Shown here: positions 10,190 to 20,166 of the stretch, piece after piece
Layout: every line of letters begins with the position of its first letter
Position numbering within the stretch: position 1 is the first letter of the stretch
Assembly (NCBI GenBank): GCA_965222605.1
Contig: OZ244960.1
Coordinates: 4,096,001-4,160,000, forward strand
From: Candidatus Latescibacterota bacterium
GTDB lineage: Bacteria > Latescibacterota > UBA2968
Reading direction: 5' to 3'
DNA length: 64,000 nucleotides
Notes under the pieces: model-generated
Databases searched by the model: none
Told to the model about the DNA's origin: nothing
Seen by the model: the letters and a program-made list of their open reading frames with translations, nothing else
Position numbers and translations under genes: made by a program

Positions 10190-11494
10190 TCAAAGTGATT
10201 GAAGAACGTCTCGCGTTTTTGAGAGCGTCTCATCTATATCCGTTTGTGAATGTGCAAACGAGATACTGCCTTGCTTTGTTGCCAGTGGAAAGTGATATAT
10301 GCCCTTTTCAATCAATGCGCGGCGATACCGCTCGTCAAGCGTGAAATCGTGGTGTTCGGCAATATCGTGCCAATCGACGGGCGCGTGGTTCATAAAATAA
10401 ACGCAAAAAGCCGATCCCTGTCGCACAATTGTCACTTCTATTCCGGTCTCTTCGAATAATGCCGTCAATTCCGTTTCCAATTGTTCGCCCACCGCGTAAA
10501 GTTGTTCAAAATCTGCCGATGCCAGTTTTTCCATTGTGGCAATGGCGCCCGCGCATGATATGGGATGGGCATTGTACGTTCCGGCGATCAATACGCGCTT
10601 TGCTGGATTTTCGTGGACAAAATAATCCATGAGCGACGCCCGCCCGCCAATCGCGCCGATGGGATAGCCATTGGCTATTGCTTTGCCAAATACGGACAGG
10701 TCTGGCATGATGCCACACACGCTTTGATAGCCTCCCATTACGTGGCGAAATCCCGTTTTTACTTCGTCAAATATTAGCACAACCCCTCGCGCATTGCACA
10801 AATCTCGCAATTCCTGTAAATAGCCCGCTTGCGGATGTACGATGCCGATATTTTGCAAAATTGGCTCGAGAATCAGCGCGGCAATATCGTACTGTTCCAT
10901 TGCCCAGCGCACGGAGTTGAGGTCGTTAAAATTTACCACATGTATATCGTCTAACACGCTATCGGGCACGCCGGCAGAGAGCGGTATTTTTTTGTATTCA
11001 CCGGGTGAGACCCGCGGACCAATCGCATCTATCGGCGTCATCACATTCAATGCCACATCATTGTGCCAGCCGTTATACCCCCCTTGCATTACAATGACGC
11101 CGTTGCGTCCCGTGTGCGCCCGCGCGATGCGAATGGCGTGATAGGTGGCTTCTGATCCCGTATTTGTGAGCATTACCTTTTCGACGGAAGGTACGTGTTT
11201 TACAATCAATGCGGCACAATGCCCTTCCCACGGATTGGTGCCCGATCCCATTAGTGTTGTGCCGTCGGCAAGTACTTTTGCCACTGCCGCGTTCACATCC
11301 GGGTCGTTATGTCCCAGAATAAATGGCGCGAATGCCGCGTGATAGTCGATGTATTCATTGCCGTCTGCATCCCACACATGGCTGCCCTGCCCCCGTACAA
11401 AGGCAATTTCCGGCTCGACGGCGCGGTTGACTGATACCACGCCTCCGGGGATGACTTTGCGGTTTTTTTGGAAAATTGTTTTGGAAGACCACAT
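10190..11494 (-). CDS. Class III aminotransferase, glutamate-1-semialdehyde aminomutase-like
   Basis: IPGGVVSVNR, NTGSEAT, IFDEVKTGFR, FGKAIANGYP, AGTYNAHP; catabolic context, so hemL not assigned. Confidence 0.9.
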   Translation of the reverse strand: MWSSKTIFQKNRKVIPGGVVSVNRAVEPEIAFVRGQGSHVWDADGNEYIDYHAAFAPFILGHNDPDVNAAVAKVLADGTTLMGSGTNPWEGHCAALIVKHVPSVEKVMLTNTGSEATYHAIRIARAHTGRNGVIVMQGGYNGWHNDVALNVMTPIDAIGPRVSPGEYKKIPLSAGVPDSVLDDIHVVNFNDLNSVRWAMEQYDIAALILEPILQNIGIVHPQAGYLQELRDLCNARGVVLIFDEVKTGFRHVMGGYQSVCGIMPDLSVFGKAIANGYPIGAIGGRASLMDYFVHENPAKRVLIAGTYNAHPISCAGAIATMEKLASADFEQLYAVGEQLETELTALFEETGIEVTIVRQGSAFCVYFMNHAPVDWHDIAEHHDFTLDERYRRALIEKGIYHFPLATKQGSISFAHSQTDIDETLSKTRDVLQSL

Positions 11495-11500
11495 AGCTTA

Positions 11501-12214
11501 TCACACTCCGCGTTTGTAATAATTTTCCCAGCGTTCAGCCGGTTCGTAACCCAAAATGCGTTTTGCTTTTTCCATGGTGTATTTCTGGTGTGCTGTCATG
11601 CTCACCATGTTGAATTCCTGATAATTATCCGGCACGGATTCGATATCCAGCGCGAGACAACACGCATGCGCCAGGTCTTTCCAGAATATGCGAAATGGGG
11701 GAAAGTCCTCGCCTTTGATCGGCTCACTCGGCTCTGGGCCCAGACCGTTGAATACAAAGCAAATCGTCTGTATATCGTAAATCCGCGCATAGGTGCGACA
11801 AATCTCGTAACTGAGCATTTTGGTCACGCCGTAATATCCGGTGCCGGGTGCGCGGGGGACATCGGTGATTTCAAAATCCTGATCGTAATAACTCCGCACC
11901 AGTTGCGGCCCCGTATGCACCACTTTTTTGATGCCCAGTTCGGCCGCGGCTTTCATGACATGTAATGCACCCAGTACATTGACGTGAAAGCTCAAGATGG
12001 GATCGGGACGATTTACTGTAAAATTCATCACCGCGTCCATGCCCTGCATGGCATCGCGCACCTGGTCGTAATGACGTATATCTACATATTCGATGGGCCT
12101 GCCATCGGGATAGGGATTTATATCGGTCAGTATGAGATCGCAATGCGATTCCATATCCGGTATAATATTAGGTGCAATCTGTCCCGAAGCACCCAGCAGA
12201 AGTACTTTTTTCAC
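11501..12214 (-). CDS. NAD-dependent epimerase/dehydratase (uronate dehydrogenase-like SDR)
   Basis: LLGASGQIA, YGVTK catalytic motif. Confidence 0.85.
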   Translation of the reverse strand: MKKVLLLGASGQIAPNIIPDMESHCDLILTDINPYPDGRPIEYVDIRHYDQVRDAMQGMDAVMNFTVNRPDPILSFHVNVLGALHVMKAAAELGIKKVVHTGPQLVRSYYDQDFEITDVPRAPGTGYYGVTKMLSYEICRTYARIYDIQTICFVFNGLGPEPSEPIKGEDFPPFRIFWKDLAHACCLALDIESVPDNYQEFNMVSMTAHQKYTMEKAKRILGYEPAERWENYYKRGV

Positions 12215-12978
12215 GCGCCACCTCCTTGCCAGATGGCTTCAAAATTGTGCTGCGGTTGAAAACCTCGCAACTGAGATCCACTAATTTGGCCGACCAGATA
12301 TTTTGGATTTGGAATGTCTGCACAAATGTGATGGAGGGCAAATCGCCTGTTCCACTTCAATTCGGACTGTGCATCGCGATTGAGAGATAGGCGAAATGCC
12401 CGCGCTGCATCGCGATAATCGACCCACATGAGGTCTGGTGCCTGTGCGGAAACGTCTTCTTCTGCAATCAGCTTGCCCAATCGCAATACTGTGACGGCCA
12501 CGGGAAAATCGCGCGCAAATTCGCGCGCTGTCATTTCGCCGAGATACCGCGTGAGCTGAAATTTGTCTGTCGATGGCATGGGCCGCCACATCTCGCTGAT
12601 ATATACGTCATCGGGATATGCTTCAAATATTTGGAGGGTGCTTCCATATACAAATCGCTTTATACCGGCATCTATACCGGCTTTAAATAAGACATGGGTG
12701 CCCCGCGTTGCCAGATCCAGCAGTTCTTGTTCGCAGGCGAGGTCGTCTTCGGACAGATTGGGCGGTGGCTCACCTGTGTGTATAATAGCCTGGATGTTTC
12801 GAACTGCTCGCCACGCCACGCCTGGGTCGCGCATGTCGCCTTCAAAATAGGTGATATTTTCACCGAGTTCAGAAGGCGGATCGTCCGCTCCCCAGAGTCG
12901 CAACCGGTTGCCCGGTGCTAATTCTCTGGCAATTGCCTGTCCCAAACGGCTCTCGGCTCCTGTTATCAGTATATTCAT
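12211..12978 (-). CDS. NAD-dependent epimerase/dehydratase-like protein with degenerate catalytic motif
   Basis: ITGAESRLG N-terminus; YxxxK replaced by FQLTR. Confidence 0.75.
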   Translation of the reverse strand: MNILITGAESRLGQAIARELAPGNRLRLWGADDPPSELGENITYFEGDMRDPGVAWRAVRNIQAIIHTGEPPPNLSEDDLACEQELLDLATRGTHVLFKAGIDAGIKRFVYGSTLQIFEAYPDDVYISEMWRPMPSTDKFQLTRYLGEMTAREFARDFPVAVTVLRLGKLIAEEDVSAQAPDLMWVDYRDAARAFRLSLNRDAQSELKWNRRFALHHICADIPNPKYLVGQISGSQLRGFQPQHNFEAIWQGGGA

Positions 12979-13080
12979 AAGTCGGCCTCCAGATCAAATT
13001 CCCAGCCAAATTGCTGGAATAAGTGCTGAATTGGACCGGGGATTGGCGCGAAAATAGTGAAAATCGGTACCAATTCCTGT

Positions 13081-13109
13081 AAAAAATAGGGCAGACCATG
13101 CGTCTGCCC
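13081..13109 (-). terminator. Intrinsic terminator after FKBP gene
   Basis: GGGCAGAC-5nt-GTCTGCCC hairpin followed by a T tract on the minus strand. Confidence 0.7.
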
Positions 13110-13134
13110 GTCAAGACTTCAGATTATATGTCCA

Positions 13135-13833
13135 TTATTTGATCTCGAGCAATTCCAATTCAAATACAAGCGTTGAATTGGGGCTAATTTGCCCGGCCTG
13201 TCGCGCGCCGTAGGCCAGATAGGATGGGATATAAAGTTCCCATTTCGATCCCGCGGGCATGAGTTGCAGGGCTTCTGTCCAGCCGGGAATGAGTTTATCT
13301 ACGCGAAATTGCGCCGGCTGCCCGCGATCATAAGAGCTGTCAAATTGCGTACCGTCGAGCAATGTCCCGCGGTAGTGGCATACTACTGCATCGGTTTTTT
13401 TTGGTTTCTGCCCATCACCGGCTTTGATCACTTTGTATTGCAAGCCGCTGTCCAATGTCATCACGCCTTCTTTTTTCATGTTTTCCGCGAGGAAAGCCTC
13501 GCCAGCTTTTTTGTTTTCTGCTGCCATTTTGTTTTTCTCCGCGAGTTGTTGTGCCCTTTGTTCTTCTTGTATCTCCATTAGAATTTTTAGTGCTTCGTCA
13601 GAGGAAAGCAGAGGGGATTCTCCGCTATAACCGTCTTTGAACCCCTGTACAAATACATCCACATCAATTGTCATGCCCAGTTGCTTTTTCAATTGATCGG
13701 AGAAATTTAAGCCCAGCGCATAACTCAGCTTGTGTTCCTTGTCTTCGAGGTTGACTTCTACAACTTCGGGTTTTTCTAGTGCCTGGCAACCCAATAAGCC
13801 AGCAGCAATGAATACTGCAAAAAGGCGCTTCAT
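13135..13833 (-). CDS. FKBP-type peptidyl-prolyl isomerase (FkpA/Mip-like lipoprotein)
   Basis: LLGC lipobox, KLSYALG, SGLQYKVI, HYRGTLLDGTQFDSSYDRG, IPGWTEAL. Confidence 0.95.
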   Translation of the reverse strand: MKRLFAVFIAAGLLGCQALEKPEVVEVNLEDKEHKLSYALGLNFSDQLKKQLGMTIDVDVFVQGFKDGYSGESPLLSSDEALKILMEIQEEQRAQQLAEKNKMAAENKKAGEAFLAENMKKEGVMTLDSGLQYKVIKAGDGQKPKKTDAVVCHYRGTLLDGTQFDSSYDRGQPAQFRVDKLIPGWTEALQLMPAGSKWELYIPSYLAYGARQAGQISPNSTLVFELELLEIK

Positions 13834-13907
13834 AATTGCTCCTAAATAAACAGGTAAACGTCCGCCTGCAAGGTCTGTCCCAGCAGGTCTGTGAGGACGT
13901 GTACAGA

Positions 13908-15431
13908 CTAAATAGCCTGAAATCGCGTTTTTACTTCCGATAGGACAATATCTGGAATATCTTCTGTGCGTTCAACTGCATAAACGCAAATGTGATCTGC
14001 AGTAGCGGCCTGCTGGCGAAATCGATGGGCGTCCCGATTTTGCGCTACATGAACAGCGGTTACCCGGTTTTCTTTTTTGATTAGAAATTGCATGAGGGCA
14101 TCGAGATTGGTAATCTGCATATCTGTAATGAGAAAAATATCCACATGATTTTTGAGTAGGGGTTCCAGATCGGGCAGATGTAATGCGGTTCCACCGCCGA
14201 AGTAGCGGCACAGTGCAAAAAATACGCGCTTGCGATCTCTTGAGAAATCCAGTACCTCTTTCCCTCCTGCCTGTGCATCGCTAAAATTGTAAACGGCCAC
14301 GCGCTTGCCCCGTCGCAAATACGCATCGGCCGCGCATCCGGCACCTAAGACAGCGTGGGATATTTCTCGGCACGGATCGACCATACTGCCCGAGGAATCG
14401 ACAATGACCACACAATCGGGTATGCCATCGCCTTCGCCGTGGGTTTCGCCATCTCGCCAGTTCCACATCTGGGAAATGCCCGGCATGACGCGCCCAAAAC
14501 TCGTCCATACATCGATGTGCTGAACGGGTTTGCCAATTTCCCAGGGCGAATGAGAATGCGGATGTAACCCGCCGACCTTTTCCAATGGCATGGTTTGTAC
14601 GGGCAGGCGAAATGCGGATGCGCGCGCCATGTAAAACAAGAGGTCGGCATCCGAGGGCGTGCCTTTGCCCCGGCCCATATCGGGCATCATATTGGCGTCT
14701 TGTAGTTCGTCGGCAAAATCGCGCACCATTTCTCGAAAGGCGTAAAATCCCTGCTCGGCAAATTGCGCCATTCCCTCCGCGAGTTCGCCTGCGGAATACT
14801 GCTGGACATCGCCCATCATGCCGCCCTGTCCATTTCCCTCGCCCATTTCTTTTTCGATCAAGGGGGCAATCACCTGTGCAAACGACCGAAGGCTGTCACC
14901 CCACTGCGAGGCGTCCAGATAGGGTATGCGCGCGAGCCGATCCACTTCGCCGCGATCTTCCACGCCCAAATTTTCACCCCAAAGACGCTGATACAATGCC
15001 CGAATTACGTCTGTTACTTCATTCGATTCAGTGTGGCGATAAACCTCTGGCAATTTCGATTCGCGCTCGCGCACAGCATGGGTATCGACTACCACGTCCG
15101 AGAAATACTCGACCACCTGCTTGACCAATGCCCCATCTAATAATACGGGTTTGAGCGCGGCATATAGTTTTAAGTGCGTCTCAAAATCCCAGGGACAAAT
15201 GGTGTGATGTCCTACGCCGTGATCCAGTAGTGCAGAGGTGGCGTCTTCTATGTCCATCACTTGCGCGAGGGCGGCCAGCCGATTGGCATTCAATTGGATC
15301 ACTTTGTCCGTCATTTGAATGCTCGCGGCTTCGTCGCCCGTTTCGATTACTTCTGGCGTTGGCAATTCGGGAAATAGATGGCGCTTGCGAACAGCGGGCC
15401 AAACGCGCTGGATGATGTCGTTGAAGTTCAT
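13908..15431 (-). CDS. VWA (MIDAS) domain protein
   Basis: VIVDSSGSM, FGGGT, LITD; start at MNFNDII overlaps upstream stop (ATGA). Confidence 0.85.
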   Translation of the reverse strand: MNFNDIIQRVWPAVRKRHLFPELPTPEVIETGDEAASIQMTDKVIQLNANRLAALAQVMDIEDATSALLDHGVGHHTICPWDFETHLKLYAALKPVLLDGALVKQVVEYFSDVVVDTHAVRERESKLPEVYRHTESNEVTDVIRALYQRLWGENLGVEDRGEVDRLARIPYLDASQWGDSLRSFAQVIAPLIEKEMGEGNGQGGMMGDVQQYSAGELAEGMAQFAEQGFYAFREMVRDFADELQDANMMPDMGRGKGTPSDADLLFYMARASAFRLPVQTMPLEKVGGLHPHSHSPWEIGKPVQHIDVWTSFGRVMPGISQMWNWRDGETHGEGDGIPDCVVIVDSSGSMVDPCREISHAVLGAGCAADAYLRRGKRVAVYNFSDAQAGGKEVLDFSRDRKRVFFALCRYFGGGTALHLPDLEPLLKNHVDIFLITDMQITNLDALMQFLIKKENRVTAVHVAQNRDAHRFRQQAATADHICVYAVERTEDIPDIVLSEVKTRFQAI

Positions 15432-16204
15432 TTTGTTTTTGTTCCTCTGAGCATTTGATCGCGGTGATAAATCGCGCCGCCTTCGGTGTTGCCCACCCCC
15501 CCCAGACGTCCATTGATGTGGATTTCGCCAGCTTGCATTTGTTCGCCGATAGATCTGCCGGCGTCTCCCGATACCTCGATCCGTCCATCTATCATGCCCG
15601 CGCCGAGATAGTGGCGGACATTTCCCTCGACTTTCAGGCAGCCTCCCATAAGCGAAATGCCCGTGAGGTCGCCCAGGTCGCCCACAATGGTCAGTGTGAT
15701 GCCTTTGCGAAGGCGATATCCCATAAGAGACAGGCGCAAATCGTGCCCCGTGAGATCGAGGTGAATATCCTCCTGGGACGATGCGTTGCAAAAGGCCGAT
15801 AAGAATAAGCCGAGGGGTTCCATGACAAAAAAAGCCGCGTCATTGCTTTGCAGGGCGTGCGCGCAAAACGCTTCGAGATCGGTCATTTCCCAATCGATTT
15901 GTCCCACAATCCGCGAGGCCACAGCATAGGTCGATTCAATGGTTTTGCGGTCGGCTTGCCAGAGTCCCTCGCCTACGCATTCGTCGATTAGTGCGCGATA
16001 AGCTGCTGTTAAGCGATCCATTGCTGCGGCATGAGAGGCGAGAATTTCATCCATGGGCATGGCGCGTTTTTTGCGTTTGTCTTCGACAAATTCGACGAAG
16101 GGATTGCGCTTTGTGGATAGCAAGCCGTTGACGTGCACTGCGTTTTCGGGGTTCAAATCGGATGGTACAATCCGTTCAAATTCTCGAAATGGATTTTGTC
16201 GCAT
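15428..16204 (-). CDS. GXGXG beta-helix protein (FwdC/FmdC- or GltB C-terminal-like domain) with uncharacterised N-terminus
   Basis: Repeats LTIVGDLGDLTG.MGG / LKVEGNVRHYLGAGMIDG / IEVSGDAGRSIGEQMQAG / IHINGRLG; start uncertain. Confidence 0.75.
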   Translation of the reverse strand: MRQNPFREFERIVPSDLNPENAVHVNGLLSTKRNPFVEFVEDKRKKRAMPMDEILASHAAAMDRLTAAYRALIDECVGEGLWQADRKTIESTYAVASRIVGQIDWEMTDLEAFCAHALQSNDAAFFVMEPLGLFLSAFCNASSQEDIHLDLTGHDLRLSLMGYRLRKGITLTIVGDLGDLTGISLMGGCLKVEGNVRHYLGAGMIDGRIEVSGDAGRSIGEQMQAGEIHINGRLGGVGNTEGGAIYHRDQMLRGTKTK

Positions 16205-16226
16205 GTTTGGCTCTGTAAAATTGGAA

Positions 16227-17549
16227 TTACGAAAATTCTGGACGCACAGGCTCTTGTCCCAGATCGCGCATAATTTCCATGTAAATGGGGTGTTCGCCCT
16301 GAATGGGTTTCTCGTCGTCACCATTCAAGATGCGATTGGCAGTCATCAGAGCCGATTGGATGCGCTCGCTCTGCTCGGTATAGCGCCGAAAAACCTGCCG
16401 AACTGCTTCTCGCGCTCTGTGAATGGGCAACACATCGTCTCGGTGGTCTTGTGTTTCATCCTCATCTCGCCATTGGATGCGGTGAGCACATGTGTATGGC
16501 AATATCGTGCGAATATGTTCGAGATGCACTTCTTTGTCGCGCAGTACCCAGGCAAGTGCCTGTGCGTAGCGCCGGATGGAAATGGGCAGGCGATTGGACG
16601 GACATGTTTGTACTTCGTAACACAGGTAGCCCGTGTAGTGACAGCCTTCGCCGCAGACTTCATTTGTGCGTTTTTGTCCGTATTTGCAGCAAAAAGACAA
16701 TTCGGCCAAAAAGGTTCGCACATAGGCGCTGGCATCGGTCTGAAAAGGCAATGCGCTCATTTCATTGCGAATCGTTTCTCGCTCAGTACGCCCCAGGGTA
16801 GGTACGGACAAACGCTCGGAAATCGCTTTTCCGTAATCCGCGCAAATCGCTTCTATCTCTGCTTCGGCATTGGGGTTGAGCAGGCACGCCTGAAGTGCTT
16901 GCTCGCGTTGTGGATCTCGCAGGAGATGTGCGGGAGAGGATTTGGTGCCGATCATCCAGGACAAATTTGCGCCCGGATATTTGGATTCCACCATCACGTC
17001 AAAGCGATCCAAAAGGGGTACAACGATGGTATTTGTGCCGCGGTCCTGATAATTGGCCGTTGCGAACAAACAGTATTCATCGTTGATTTGCATCTGGTTC
17101 AAATAGCTCCAGTTGCCGCGATCTACGCCGTTGAGAATCAAGCTTTGCTTTGTTTCTGGCAGGCGGTTGATTTCATCTACAACTTTGACGGGTAAGACGG
17201 AAAATGCCGACCAGACCACATCTTCTTCGCCGCGGTTGAGCGCGCCGAGGTTTGGCCGTCCGACAATTTTTTCTTCGGTCTGTTCGGGATGGCCGCTCAC
17301 TTCTGCTTCCCAAACCGCCCCCAATGGCATGCGGTATAGCAGTGCGCCGATATACTCCGCCGATGTTGTTTTGCCCAGGCCGGGTTCGCCCACGATCAGA
17401 ATTTTGCCGCCCAATAATCCCGTTAGTGTGCTGAGGAGCAAAGCGGCATTGTGTTTTTGTCCTTCGATCTCCAGGTCTGCCCGATTAAAATACAACCGAT
17501 CCTGGATAAAGGTCAAAATATCGCTTACTGTTGTTTGTAAATCGGCCAT
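16227..17549 (-). CDS. MoxR-like AAA+ ATPase
   Basis: Walker A GEPGLGKT, Walker B VVDEINR, ATAN, LLDRF; extra Cys/His cluster CCK...C..GCH....C. Confidence 0.9.
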   Translation of the reverse strand: MADLQTTVSDILTFIQDRLYFNRADLEIEGQKHNAALLLSTLTGLLGGKILIVGEPGLGKTTSAEYIGALLYRMPLGAVWEAEVSGHPEQTEEKIVGRPNLGALNRGEEDVVWSAFSVLPVKVVDEINRLPETKQSLILNGVDRGNWSYLNQMQINDEYCLFATANYQDRGTNTIVVPLLDRFDVMVESKYPGANLSWMIGTKSSPAHLLRDPQREQALQACLLNPNAEAEIEAICADYGKAISERLSVPTLGRTERETIRNEMSALPFQTDASAYVRTFLAELSFCCKYGQKRTNEVCGEGCHYTGYLCYEVQTCPSNRLPISIRRYAQALAWVLRDKEVHLEHIRTILPYTCAHRIQWRDEDETQDHRDDVLPIHRAREAVRQVFRRYTEQSERIQSALMTANRILNGDDEKPIQGEHPIYMEIMRDLGQEPVRPEFS

Positions 17550-17558
17550 GTTTTGACC

Positions 17559-18386
17559 TCAGTCTGCCTGCGAAGACGCAGCGGCGCGGCGGCGCAGCCA
17601 TTCGACGGTGAGCAGTAGCAATACGGCGAAGGCGATCAGGAATGTTGCCACGGCGAGGATGGTCGGGCTGATTTGCTCGCGGATGCCCGCCCACATCTGG
17701 CGCGGGATTGTGCGCTGTTCGATGCCGCCCATAAAAAGGATTACGACCACTTCGTCGAAAGATGTTGCAAACGCGAAGAGAGCGCCAGAAATAACGCCCG
17801 GTGCGATTATCGGTAGTTGTACTCTGCGGAACGTGAGTAATGGTGAGGCGCCGAGGCTTGCAGCAGCGCGCGTCAGGTTTGTATCAAAGGCGGATAGGGT
17901 AGCGGTTACGGTAATTACGACAAATGGCGTGCCCAGTGCAGCGTGAGAGAGGATCAATCCGATGTGGGTCTGTGCAAGGCCCAGGGATGAGTAAAAAAAG
18001 AACATGCCCGCCGCGGAGATGATCACCGGTGTGACCATCGGCGAGATCAACAGTGCCATTGCGATGCGACGACCGGGCATGGCGGGGCTGGATAGCCCCA
18101 GCGCGGCGAGTGTGCCCAGCGCGGTTGCCAGTGCGGTAGAGGCGATGCCGATGATCAGGCTGTTGACCAGTCCGCGCGTCCACAGTTCGTTTTCGATGAT
18201 CTGTCGGTACCAGCGCAGGGAATACGCTTCGGCATCCAGGCGCAGCATGCCTTCGGTGAAGGTGAAGTAGGGTTCGGCATTGAAGCTCAGGGGTACGATC
18301 ACCAGAATTGGCGCGATCAGGAACGCGAAGATCAGGGTACAGGAGGCCAGGTACGCGCCCCGGCCAATGCGTTGTGTCGAGATCAT
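17559..18386 (-). CDS. potC: Polyamine-type ABC transporter permease (PotC-like)
   Basis: YSLRWY, AAASLGAS EAA loop, FATSFDEVV. Confidence 0.85.
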   Translation of the reverse strand: MISTQRIGRGAYLASCTLIFAFLIAPILVIVPLSFNAEPYFTFTEGMLRLDAEAYSLRWYRQIIENELWTRGLVNSLIIGIASTALATALGTLAALGLSSPAMPGRRIAMALLISPMVTPVIISAAGMFFFYSSLGLAQTHIGLILSHAALGTPFVVITVTATLSAFDTNLTRAAASLGASPLLTFRRVQLPIIAPGVISGALFAFATSFDEVVVILFMGGIEQRTIPRQMWAGIREQISPTILAVATFLIAFAVLLLLTVEWLRRRAAASSQAD

Positions 18387-18387
18387 G

Positions 18388-19623
18388 TTAGCCCAACCTC
18401 ATGCGGTCAATGCCGACTATGCGGTCGTAGAGCAGATAGAGCGCGATTACGCATACCAGCAAAATGCCGCCAAGTGCCCCAGCCAGACTCCAGTTGAGCG
18501 AGGTCTGCATGTGGTAGGCGATCATGTTGGAGATGAGTTGCCCGGTGCTGCCGCCTACCAGCGCGGGGGTGATGTAGTAACCGATGGCGAGGATGAATAC
18601 CAGCAGCGATCCAGCACCTACGCCGGGCAGGGTCTGTGGCCAGTACACGCGCCAAAATGCCTGAAAGGAGCTCGCACCCAGCGATGCCGCGGCACTCATC
18701 TGGCTCGGTGGAATGGCGCGCATGATGGAGTAGAGGGGCAGGATCATAAAGGGCAAGAGCACATGGGTCATTGCCACCAGTGTGCCAATCATATTGTAGA
18801 TCATGGCGAGGCGGTCGTCGTCGCCGATCAGCCCAAGTGTGACGAGCAAGTCGTTGATTACGCCCTGGGTCTGGAGCAGTACGATCCAGGATGTTGTTCT
18901 CACCAGGAGCGATGTCCAAAAGGGCACGAGTACGAGGATGAGGAGCAGATTTGCGATGCGCGGAGTCGAATGCGCGATCAAGTGGGCGATGGGATAGCCG
19001 AGCAACAGGCAGAGCGCGGTGATGCTGAGGCTCACGACGAAGGTACGCCACAAGAGGGCCAGGTAGATGCGGCGTTCTGAAGGCTGGCGAGCGATGGAGC
19101 CGTCGGGCAGGGGTCGCAGGTCGAGGGCATTGAGATAGTGCCGCGTGGTGAAACGCGCCCCAGCACTGCGGATCGCATGCCAGATTTGCTCATCGCCCCA
19201 TGCGGTATCAAGGCCGATCATGACATCGCGCCAGGGACCTTCGCGGACATTTTGCAATTCTCGCGCGCTGCGCATGAAGACACTGCGAAGTCCCGAATGC
19301 ACGCGGTTGACGCGGGTGGCGACCCGTCCCAGCGAGCGATTTTCGCGTGCTTTTAACAATTCGCGTGCGGCCGTTGCGTACACTGCCTCGTCGGGTGTGC
19401 TCTTTCCTTTCCATTCCCTTAGCATGTTGAGGGTTTCGGGCAGGGTATTGGCGACTGTGGGATCGTACACACTCTGCACGAGCATTGTCGCCAGTGGCGC
19501 GACAAAGGTGATGGCAATGAAAGCCAGCAGTGGCAATACCAATCCCGTAGCACGCATTCGCGGGCGGAGAGTGTTGGTTTTGATGTCTGTCTCTGGTTTC
19601 ATTTTACGGTGTCTCTTCGACAT
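18388..19623 (-). CDS. potB: Polyamine-type ABC transporter permease (long PotB-like)
   Basis: LLGYPIA, PFWTSLLVRT, LPFMILPLY, GYYITPALVGG. Confidence 0.85.
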   Translation of the reverse strand: MSKRHRKMKPETDIKTNTLRPRMRATGLVLPLLAFIAITFVAPLATMLVQSVYDPTVANTLPETLNMLREWKGKSTPDEAVYATAARELLKARENRSLGRVATRVNRVHSGLRSVFMRSARELQNVREGPWRDVMIGLDTAWGDEQIWHAIRSAGARFTTRHYLNALDLRPLPDGSIARQPSERRIYLALLWRTFVVSLSITALCLLLGYPIAHLIAHSTPRIANLLLILVLVPFWTSLLVRTTSWIVLLQTQGVINDLLVTLGLIGDDDRLAMIYNMIGTLVAMTHVLLPFMILPLYSIMRAIPPSQMSAAASLGASSFQAFWRVYWPQTLPGVGAGSLLVFILAIGYYITPALVGGSTGQLISNMIAYHMQTSLNWSLAGALGGILLVCVIALYLLYDRIVGIDRMRLG

Positions 19624-19767
19624 CTTTGTTTTTCTGGTCTTTTGCGCCGTTTATACTCTATCCTATCGCAACTTTTTTGTATCGCGTACCCTAAGTCCCC
19701 CCCCTTTTTCATTCAACCAAATCATCCAACGCCACGTCTAAAACGTTCGAGAGTCGGCGAAATATAT

Positions 19768-20154
19768 CTATTCGCCCCTACCGCCAATCACGAGCAAAAA
19801 GGCACTATCCTCCAGGGCTTTGACGCTATGAGGTAAGTGGGCAGCGCAAACCGCAGCGTCACCTGTTCTCAATGGCTTAGATTCAGTGGCTGTCGAGAAC
19901 TCGAGGTGCCCAGACAGGGCTGTGACAGTGATCGGCCCCGGGGCGGTATGTTCATGAAGCACGGCTTGGGCCTTTAATACTATCAAGACAACCGTCAAAT
20001 CATTTCCATGCACTAAGGACAAGGAATTACGTCCCGTATGTTCAATGACATCCTCCGTCATGAGTTGATCAGCCATGCTCAACAGCGAAAAGGACGTAAC
20101 GGTAGAATCGGTTATTTCGGTAGGCCGAAAAGGACGTTCATAGGCTTGGCTCAT
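19768..20154 (-). CDS. Cupin domain protein
   Basis: LHEHTAPGPITV...PHSVKALEDSAFLL. Confidence 0.8.
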   Translation of the reverse strand: MSQAYERPFRPTEITDSTVTSFSLLSMADQLMTEDVIEHTGRNSLSLVHGNDLTVVLIVLKAQAVLHEHTAPGPITVTALSGHLEFSTATESKPLRTGDAAVCAAHLPHSVKALEDSAFLLVIGGRGE

Positions 20155-20166
20155 GAGTGTATTTCC

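Noticed and set aside
10190-11494. hemL assignment
   Set aside because: No other tetrapyrrole genes nearby and motifs deviate; left as a GSA-like class III aminotransferase.
15432-15791. N-terminal extension of the 627-aa VWA ORF
   Set aside because: Overlaps the GXGXG gene in another frame with Arg/Gly-rich junk; the ATGA-coupled start at 15431 fits better.
15428-16204. Formylmethanofuran dehydrogenase subunit C / C1 pathway
   Set aside because: Only the beta-helix repeat is shared, and no fwdA/B/D, ftr or mch genes are present in the window.
16053-17195. 380-aa + strand ORF
   Set aside because: Antisense shadow of the AAA gene with no motifs; the same applies to the other long antisense ORFs (e.g. 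18280-19080, 34539-35345, 61492-62217, 62985-63686).
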